Source: Candidatus Thorarchaeota archaeon (GTDB lineage Archaea; Asgardarchaeota; Thorarchaeia; Thorarchaeales; Thorarchaeaceae). Taken from it: a stretch of 32,000 nt of DNA. This document shows, piece by piece, positions 25,693 to 32,000 of the stretch. Position numbers and translations under genes: made by a program. The stretch lies in NCBI GenBank assembly GCA_008080745.1, contig SHMX01000010.1, positions 30,001 through 62,000 on the forward strand. The letters run 5' to 3'. The notes beneath the pieces are model-generated. The model was given only the letters and a program-made list of their open reading frames with translations, was not told the DNA's origin and did no database searches. The number at the start of each line of letters is the position of its first letter. The first letter of the stretch is position 1.

Positions 25693-27234
25693 ATGAATTT
25701 CATGACCTTGGAGATTGACGGCGAAACCCTCTCAATTGAGGATATAGTTCGAGTGGCTAGAGATAGGCAGAAAGTAGTACTTCCAGAATCAACTCGAGAA
25801 AAGATTATTCGAAGTCGTGAAGTCATCGAAAAAGCTCTGAAAGAAGACCGTACTGTCTACGGAGTCAATACTGGATTTGGCGACCTAGCATCAGTCAGTA
25901 TAGGTCGAGATGATCTTGAAAAACTCCAAGTGAACTTAATTCGCAGTCATGCGGCAGGTGTTGGACCTCTTTTTCATCACGATATTGTACGTGGAATGAT
26001 GCTATTACGTGCCAATGCATTGGCAAAAGGGTTCTCTGGCATCCGTGAAACTGTTGTTCAGACACTCCTAGATATGCTTAACAAATCAGTAATACCTCTG
26101 GTTCCTCAACAGGGGTCAGTTGGATCCAGTGGGGACCTAGCACCTCTTGCTCACATGGCTCTTGTACTCATTGGTGAGGGTGATGCTTTCTATGATGGGG
26201 AGATGCTTACTGGGAAGGAGGCGATGAAACGAGCTGAAATCGCTCCCATCACTCTAGGAGCAAAAGAGGGCGTTGCCCTCATCAATGGAACACAACCAAT
26301 GACTGCGTTGGGTGCATTGACTACATACGACTCTCTCAATCTTGTCAAGGATGTAGTGATTGCCGCTGCTATGAGCTTGGAGGCATTGCGTGGTACACGT
26401 ACTGCATTTGACCAACGAATTCATCAAATTAGACCGCATACTGGACAGATAGATGTAGCAAAAGCAATGTCATCAATTCTCACTGATAGTGAGATAAATC
26501 AGTCTCATGCAGACTGTGGGAAAGTCCAAGATGCTTACTCGCTGAGGTGTATTCCTCAAGTCTTAGGTGCTTCACTTGATACAATGAGATATGCTAAAAG
26601 TATCATCGAAGTTGAGATCAATGCTGCAACAGACAATCCACTTGTTTTTCCAAACGAAGGTGATGTTGTCTCCGGTGGCAACTTTCATGGCCAGCCTATT
26701 GCTCTAATTATGGATTTCCTGGGTATTGCACTCTCGGAACTAGCTAATATGTCGGAACGAAGAGTCAATCGTTTGGTGAACCCTGATCTCAGCGGTCTTC
26801 CAGCTTTTCTCACCACAGAGAGTGGACTAGAGTCAGGGTTGATGATTGCTCAATATACCGCAGCTGCATTGGTGTCGGAGAACAAGACTTTGGCGCATCC
26901 TGCAAGTGTTGATTCGATTCCGACTAGCGCTGACCAAGAAGACCATGTTAGTATGGGTACCATAGCATCCAGAAAGGCATCTCAGATTCTTGAGAATGTT
27001 CGTAATGTCATAGCAATTGAATACCTTTGTGCTGCTCAAGGTTTGAATCTACTTCAACCCCTACAACCATCCACGGCTCTCAAATCTGCACATGAAATGA
27101 TACGAAGTATTGTACCTCCCCTTGAAGAAGACCGAATCATTTCAAAAGACATCCACAAGATTCGTGAAATCATGGACTCGGGACAAATTATAGAAAAGGT
27201 TGAACAGGTCACTGGACCGTTATTTGAAATATGA
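25693..27234 (+). CDS. hutH: histidine ammonia-lyase
   Basis: VYGVNTGFG, NLIRSHAAG, GSVGSSGDLAPL (MIO), KEG.ALINGT, VQDAYSLRC.PQV, DNPL, SGGNFHG, QEDHVSMG. Confidence 0.96.
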   Translation: MNFMTLEIDGETLSIEDIVRVARDRQKVVLPESTREKIIRSREVIEKALKEDRTVYGVNTGFGDLASVSIGRDDLEKLQVNLIRSHAAGVGPLFHHDIVRGMMLLRANALAKGFSGIRETVVQTLLDMLNKSVIPLVPQQGSVGSSGDLAPLAHMALVLIGEGDAFYDGEMLTGKEAMKRAEIAPITLGAKEGVALINGTQPMTALGALTTYDSLNLVKDVVIAAAMSLEALRGTRTAFDQRIHQIRPHTGQIDVAKAMSSILTDSEINQSHADCGKVQDAYSLRCIPQVLGASLDTMRYAKSIIEVEINAATDNPLVFPNEGDVVSGGNFHGQPIALIMDFLGIALSELANMSERRVNRLVNPDLSGLPAFLTTESGLESGLMIAQYTAAALVSENKTLAHPASVDSIPTSADQEDHVSMGTIASRKASQILENVRNVIAIEYLCAAQGLNLLQPLQPSTALKSAHEMIRSIVPPLEEDRIISKDIHKIREIMDSGQIIEKVEQVTGPLFEI

Positions 27235-27291
27235 ATCAATCAATGCTTAGCTTTATCATTGTAGATAGTCTATCATGCAAAGGACATGTGA

Positions 27292-27744
27292 TTGGTGACC
27301 TTATTGGATGACCTTACTAGAGCTATGGAAGAATACCTTGAGATTATATTTGAACTTGAATCTGAATTTGGTGAAGCGACCGTTACTGCTATTGCTGGAA
27401 AGAAAGGTGTTCGGGCACCCAGTGTAACTCATGTCCTAAAGCGACTGAGTGATAGTGGTTTCATCTTCTATGAGCCATACAAGGCTGTTCAGCTCACTGA
27501 AGAAGGACTAAAAATAGCGAAAAGGCTGGATAGGATTCACAAGACATTGAAATGGTTCTTTACACTCATTGGTATTCCTTCTGATGTCGCTGACGCAGAT
27601 GCTTGTGAGTTTGAACATATTGCTCATGATGATACTATAGAGAAACTCACAGAATTTGTGGAGTGGGTGAAAAGCACGCAAGATCCTGAATGGCTTGAGC
27701 GCTTTCGCCAGTTTCAAGAAAGTGGTGGAAAATCAGGGGCCTAA
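27292..27744 (+). CDS. DtxR/MntR-family metal-dependent regulator (no FeoA domain)
   Basis: MEEYLE.I, IA....V.APSVT..LKRL, Y..V.LTEEG, RIH..L..F, DAC.FEH; start may be TTG 27304 after GGTGA. Confidence 0.88.
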   Translation: MVTLLDDLTRAMEEYLEIIFELESEFGEATVTAIAGKKGVRAPSVTHVLKRLSDSGFIFYEPYKAVQLTEEGLKIAKRLDRIHKTLKWFFTLIGIPSDVADADACEFEHIAHDDTIEKLTEFVEWVKSTQDPEWLERFRQFQESGGKSGA

Positions 27745-28998
27745 TTTTGTGTGAACCACTTCTCCATTGACTATTACAGTGTGTACTAGGTTTACTGCGA
27801 AACGATATGCAAGAAATTCTGGGTTGGGACACTCAAGAATTATGATGTCTGCACGTTTACCCGGTTCGATACTACCTAATTCTTTCCCTCTATCTAATGC
27901 GTGGGCAGCATTAATGGTCGATGCTGTGATGGCTTCTCTAGGATGCATCTTCATCTTGTAACATGCAAGAGCTATTGTAAAGAACATAGATTCATTCGTA
28001 CAATTGGGATTAAAATCGGTTGCAAGTGCTACTGGTAATCCCATTGCTATCATCTTTCTTGCATCCGCGTAATCGGTATCAAGGCTGAATGCAGTTGCTG
28101 GTAGAAGCGTTGCTATGGTTCCAGCTTTTTTCATTGCTTCTAATCCCTCATCAGAGGCTTGAAGTAGATGGTCTGCAGATATTGCATTCAATTCTCCTGC
28201 TAGCTCTGCACCTCCTAATTGGACTATCTCATCCGCGTGCAGCTTGATTTTCATACCCTCTTTTCTTGCAGCTTGAAGAATGCTTCGAGATTGTTCCACA
28301 TCAAATACCCCCTCCTCACAAAAAACATCACAGAATTCAGCCAGTGAATCCTTTGCAACTGCAGGAATCATCTCGTCAATAACAAGGTCCACATACTTCT
28401 CGGTCTTTCCTTTGTATTCTGGAGGAATCGCGTGAGCGCCCATAAAAGTCGATATTATCGAAGATGGTATTCTTGATTGTAATTCTTTAAGTGCCCGAAG
28501 CATTTTGACCTCGTCCTCAACATTAAGGCCATATCCACTCTTTGCTTCGATGGTGGTAGTCCCCTGGGCAAGCATATTATCTGCATAGGAGAACGCATTA
28601 CTACATAGTTCTCCTTGTTTTGCCTCTCGAGTTGCTCGTAATGTATTGAGGATTCCACCCCCCGCTTCTAGAATCTCCATGTATGTTCTTCCCTCCAGTT
28701 TCATGGCAAAGTCCTTCTCACGAGACCCTCCAAAGACTAGGTGTGTATGGCTATCTACAAAACCAGGTACCGCCAACATGTCTGGAAATTCGATTGCTGG
28801 AAGTATTGGCTCTTCTGAAACCTGTGAAAGAACCTCCTTTGTTGAGCCAACAGCAAGAATTTTCCCATCTTTTATTGCGATGGCTCCATCTTCTATGATT
28901 GATAGCTCCTTCATTTCTTCTCTGGTCTTTGGCTCATCAGAATGCCCCTCTAGTGTAGCTAGTTGACCAATGTGAGTTAGCAGAATGTCAGGTTTCAT
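27733..28998 (-). CDS. hutI: imidazolonepropionase
   Basis: PGFVDSHTHLVFGG, ILEAGGGI..T..ATR, GTTTIEAKSGYGL, FMGAHA, DVFCE, KLHADE, SADHL, ALATDFNP. Start placed at ATG 28998. Confidence 0.95.
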   Translation of the reverse strand: MKPDILLTHIGQLATLEGHSDEPKTREEMKELSIIEDGAIAIKDGKILAVGSTKEVLSQVSEEPILPAIEFPDMLAVPGFVDSHTHLVFGGSREKDFAMKLEGRTYMEILEAGGGILNTLRATREAKQGELCSNAFSYADNMLAQGTTTIEAKSGYGLNVEDEVKMLRALKELQSRIPSSIISTFMGAHAIPPEYKGKTEKYVDLVIDEMIPAVAKDSLAEFCDVFCEEGVFDVEQSRSILQAARKEGMKIKLHADEIVQLGGAELAGELNAISADHLLQASDEGLEAMKKAGTIATLLPATAFSLDTDYADARKMIAMGLPVALATDFNPNCTNESMFFTIALACYKMKMHPREAITASTINAAHALDRGKELGSIEPGKRADIIILECPNPEFLAYRFAVNLVHTVIVNGEVVHTKLGP

Positions 28999-29111
28999 AA
29001 TAATTCCCAATCTTAGAAAATCACACCTCTTCTTTTAGATTCCGCTTCGTAGTATTCTTAATTAGGACATGTATATTTTCGAATCACAGCCAATCACAGG
29101 AATTACATCAT

Positions 29112-29693
29112 ATGGATTATTTGATTATATCTTGGGAGGAAGTATACAACCTCACCTTGCGGCTATCAGAACAGGTTGCCAATAGTGGATTCAAACCAAA
29201 TGTGATTGTTGGTATTGCTAGAGGTGGATGGATTCCTGCTAGAATTCTTTCGGATGTCTTGTACACTAGTACCATGTGGAATGTTCGTATCGAGTACTAT
29301 AGTGACTTGGGAAGACGTGGGCGTGAACCAAAAATCACTCAGCCTATCTCCGTATCGATTAAGGATAAGAGTGTCCTCATAGTGGATGAGGTTGCTGACA
29401 CTGGGGATAGTCTAGAACATGCTGTTCAGTATATCAAGGATCAAGGTGTGGGTACTGTTCGAACCGCAGTTTTACATCTAAAACCCACCTCAAAAATAAC
29501 CCCAGATTTTTATTGTCAAATCGTAGACTCTTGGACAGTTTATCCATGGGAACAACGTGAATCTATCATTTCTCTGGTTAAAATTTTCAAAAACGAGGAT
29601 CCCTCGCTGGATATGAAACAAATCAGAGATAAATTGGTTTTTGAAGTCGGGTTTGATCCTACAGTGGCTGATTACTTTATTAAACGGTTATAA
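29112..29693 (+). CDS. type I phosphoribosyltransferase (archaeal hypoxanthine/xanthine-guanine PRT-like)
   Basis: VIVGIARGGWIPARILSD, PRPP loop LIVDEVADTGDSL, W.VYPWE. Confidence 0.88.
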   Translation: MDYLIISWEEVYNLTLRLSEQVANSGFKPNVIVGIARGGWIPARILSDVLYTSTMWNVRIEYYSDLGRRGREPKITQPISVSIKDKSVLIVDEVADTGDSLEHAVQYIKDQGVGTVRTAVLHLKPTSKITPDFYCQIVDSWTVYPWEQRESIISLVKIFKNEDPSLDMKQIRDKLVFEVGFDPTVADYFIKRL

Positions 29694-29700
29694 TCGCGAG

Positions 29701-30288
29701 TTGTTAATTGTGATAGAAAGACTGTATCACCCAACAGAACAGTATTTTGTTGGAATTACGGAAATTAGAAATAACCACAATTTGACAACTGCGGATTTGT
29801 TAGGACTTACACAAGACAATAAGGATGGCATCTTGGCAGTACAATTTCTTAGTTCCCAACTGATTGCCGGCACATCTCATCTGATGTCAGCTGCACAGAA
29901 TGCTTTGAATGCTTATCATGGAGAGTATATGATATCCCGCAGTTTGAATGTAGAGATCATTCTGTATGCCTCTGCTCAGAGGCAGATTTCGGTTGCCTTT
30001 GAAAAATTTGGGTTGGCCGATAATTTGGAGCGTGTGGCATTGGTTATTATCGGTACCGATCCTCAGCTAGTGGAAACAAATTTGAACTCAATTATTGAAC
30101 GCGTTGGCACGCCTCTTTCTACACCATTTGCCCCATCAGATGAACGAATCTTGCACATTTTGGAGTATTTTGACATTGGGTCTCCTGAGCTATCTGCACT
30201 CACATCGAAAAAAGATATACAATCACGCTACCAAGCTCTTACACGATGTGTCTGTAGTAGGGTTTCTTTGGTAGCTGTGGATTCATAA
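29701..30288 (+). CDS. cgi121: KEOPS complex subunit Cgi121
   Basis: VQFL....IAG..HL..AA.NAL, ISRSL.VEIILYASAQRQI..A.EKFG. Start TTG 29701 or GTG 29710. Confidence 0.88.
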   Translation: MLIVIERLYHPTEQYFVGITEIRNNHNLTTADLLGLTQDNKDGILAVQFLSSQLIAGTSHLMSAAQNALNAYHGEYMISRSLNVEIILYASAQRQISVAFEKFGLADNLERVALVIIGTDPQLVETNLNSIIERVGTPLSTPFAPSDERILHILEYFDIGSPELSALTSKKDIQSRYQALTRCVCSRVSLVAVDS

Positions 30289-30293
30289 ATCAA

Positions 30294-30857
30294 CTAGTAC
30301 TGGTCGTCTCTCATTGTCATTATGGAAAGAATATCCTCTTCTTCATTGAGTACTGATACCCCCGCCCATTCGCCAACAACCTCAACCCATACGTGTTTGT
30401 CAGCATTATCTAGGTCTACCTCTCTATCGACCTTATTTGCAATCGCGCTCACTATATCCATATGTTCAATATCTGTGTGTCTCCTCCTTACTGTAACACG
30501 ATATGTTTCTTCTTCTCCTATTTTGTGTAATAGTTCTTCAGCGGCTTCAGTTATTGCATCCAAATCTGCTTCTACACATTGCTCAAGTGGGGTTATTCTG
30601 AGCGCAAAACGAAATTGGTAGGGGTTTTCTTCTGCAAACTCTAATAGTTGATGTACTACTTCAATTGGATCTAAAGATGTTCTGGCTGCTAATAATCCCG
30701 AAACGTGGGTTTTGGATATTTTCAGGTCCTCGTCACCTATCAGGTCTCCTACAAAATATTGCATCTCAGACCGTGCAGCTCGTTCTCGTTCGCGTGGGCA
30801 TCCAATTAATAGGTTGTAAACTCTCAGTCTGTTCTCCTCACATATCTGCATAGACAA
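30294..30857 (-). CDS. stand-alone THUMP-domain RNA-binding protein (Tan1-like)
   Basis: VSGLL, DP.EVV..L, FALRITPL, TYRVTVRRR, VDLDNADK.VWVEV. Confidence 0.82.
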   Translation of the reverse strand: MSMQICEENRLRVYNLLIGCPRERERAARSEMQYFVGDLIGDEDLKISKTHVSGLLAARTSLDPIEVVHQLLEFAEENPYQFRFALRITPLEQCVEADLDAITEAAEELLHKIGEEETYRVTVRRRHTDIEHMDIVSAIANKVDREVDLDNADKHVWVEVVGEWAGVSVLNEEEDILSIMTMRDDQY

Positions 30858-31533
30858 TTCTTGATGTCCATAGCTTCAGTGCATCAGAATCTACCTTCAA
30901 AGTTTCTGACAGGTCATTAATGGTTAGTTGTCCTTCTCGATAGACTTTGATACTTCCCTCTTCTTCAACGCCAATTATTGTAGAATTCTTGTCTGAATCT
31001 GAGGGTCCACAATCAATGTACAAGTCTACATCATCACCTAGCTGTTCCCGGGCAGTTTGAATATCAAATGGACTCGAACCCCCGGTCCTGTTTGCACTGG
31101 TTCCAACTATAGGTGCTCCTAATCCTTTTGCCAGACCTCGTGGAATCGGATGATTGGGTACCCGGATTGCAAGTGAGGTTCGATTTCCTGTAATATGTTC
31201 TGGGAGTGTTTCTATTGGTGTAACAACCATCGTAAGCATGCCAGGCCAAAACAGACGAGCAAGTACCTTCTCTAGACTACCCATGTCTGCATATTTCTCA
31301 CACTGGTCGAGATCTGCAAAAAGCAGGGGCACTCCCATTCCTGCATCTCTCCGTTTAATGTCGAGTAATCTAGAAATGGCCTCTTCATTACGGGGATCGC
31401 AGGCAATTCCATAGCTGGTATCGGTGGGATAAACAATAATGCCTCCCTCTTTTAGCACCTCTACTCCTCTATCTATGGCATCATCATAGTTATCATCTGT
31501 TGCTACAATGACTTCAGCTGTCACAGGAATCAC
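30838..31533 (-). CDS. tsaC: threonylcarbamoyl-AMP synthase, short TsaC/YrdC form
   Basis: IVYPTDTSYGIACD, L.IKRR, FWPG.LT, LAIRVP.H, PIVGTSAN; start placed at GTG 31533. Confidence 0.92.
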   Translation of the reverse strand: MIPVTAEVIVATDDNYDDAIDRGVEVLKEGGIIVYPTDTSYGIACDPRNEEAISRLLDIKRRDAGMGVPLLFADLDQCEKYADMGSLEKVLARLFWPGMLTMVVTPIETLPEHITGNRTSLAIRVPNHPIPRGLAKGLGAPIVGTSANRTGGSSPFDIQTAREQLGDDVDLYIDCGPSDSDKNSTIIGVEEEGSIKVYREGQLTINDLSETLKVDSDALKLWTSRIVYADM

Positions 31534-31606
31534 GGTTTCTTGATACACAAACATACATATGAAGGTTACAACAAAGGCACATTGTTCAAGAATTGGAGGT
31601 TTCAAG

Positions 31607-32000
31607 ATTCAATCGGTCATACTGGCTGCAGGTCGTGGTGAACGTCTTAGTCCCATCACCAATACCCGTCCCAAATCTCTAATTCGCTTATGTGGTCAAT
31701 CTATTCTTGAACGTCTTCTAAACACTTGCTCTCAAGTTGGAATTAATGACTTTATTATTGGTCTTGGATATCGGGGGCATCAGATTCAAGAACACCTTAA
31801 AGGAAGCAAATTTGCTGATAACATCCATTTTGTGGAGGTTGAGAAATACGAAATTGGCCCCCTCCAGACATTGACCAGCTGTCTTGAACAAGTTGATGAT
31901 GCTCCTGTCCTTGTGCTTCCCTCCGATCTAGTAACGGCTGAAGAACTCTTACAATCTTTCATTGATGCCAAGGTAAACATCGGTTCTCTTGATGCGATTT
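31607..32000 (+). CDS. sugar-phosphate nucleotidyltransferase family protein, 5' part (runs off the window; absent from the ORF track)
   Basis: Frame 2 reads IQSVILAAGRGERLSPITNTRPKSLIRLCGQSILE...GY...I...LPSD with no stop to base 32000. In-frame ATG at 31559; ATT 31607 follows GGAGGT. Confidence 0.88.
   Translation, partial: MQSVILAAGRGERLSPITNTRPKSLIRLCGQSILERLLNTCSQVGINDFIIGLGYRGHQIQEHLKGSKFADNIHFVEVEKYEIGPLQTLTSCLEQVDDAPVLVLPSDLVTAEELLQSFIDAKVNIGSLDAI

Noticed and set aside
26122-26145. Ser-Ser-Gly rather than Ala-Ser-Gly MIO triad in HutH
   Set aside because: Variation at the first position is known; Ser-Gly and the SH substrate motif are intact.
3857-31414. Antisense and alternative-frame ORFs in the track (e.g. 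3857-4225, 6502-6918, 7673-8017, 10202-10621, 22939-23379, 28646-28966)
   Set aside because: They lie within well-supported genes and lack motifs; treated as shadow ORFs.
1-32000. Mobile element, CRISPR array, tRNA or rRNA
   Set aside because: No transposase/integrase, repeat-spacer periodicity or cloverleaf seen; intergenic gaps are short (at most about 310 nt).

Overview
Archaeal chromosomal DNA, most likely an Asgard archaeon (Thorarchaeia-like; inferred from gene content, protein style and frequent TTG/GTG starts, not from a marker tree). Layout: (1) 0.5-3.8 kb, a cluster A-I (ZnuABC/TroABC-type) metal ABC transporter with a NikR-like regulator whose nickel ligands are mostly lost; (2) 4.5-14.2 kb, the conserved archaeal proteasome/exosome superoperon (psmA, SBDS, rrp4, rrp41, rrp42, rpl37ae, Brix, pcc1, pfdB, DUF3194, DHH) running into an ECF module (ecfA1-ecfA2-ecfT); (3) 14.3-22.4 kb, an accessory stretch with a class II photolyase, a TPR orphan, VOC and DinB proteins, a small wHTH regulator plus a Cys-rich orphan, two tandem double-Lrp/AsnC regulators, an orphan HExxxH (HEIGTH) metallopeptidase candidate and a PLD nuclease fused to a DpnI-type winged helix; (4) 22.4-29 kb, split histidine-utilisation genes (hutU, hutH, hutI) interleaved with an NTF2-like protein, endonuclease V and a DtxR-family regulator; (5) 29.1-32 kb, a purine PRTase, tRNA-modification genes (cgi121, THUMP, tsaC) and a partial nucleotidyltransferase. 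No rRNA, tRNA, CRISPR array or transposase was seen. Best leads: the HEIGTH peptidase with a MATCAP/DUF1704-like motif, the adjacent PLD-wH putative 6mA-dependent type IV restriction nuclease and the 51-bp inverted repeat between them, a gate/annulus-divergent proteasome alpha subunit, polyacidic tails on eL43/Rrp41/Rrp4, and probable AUA/AUU initiation. All family calls are from motif recognition by eye; no searches were run.
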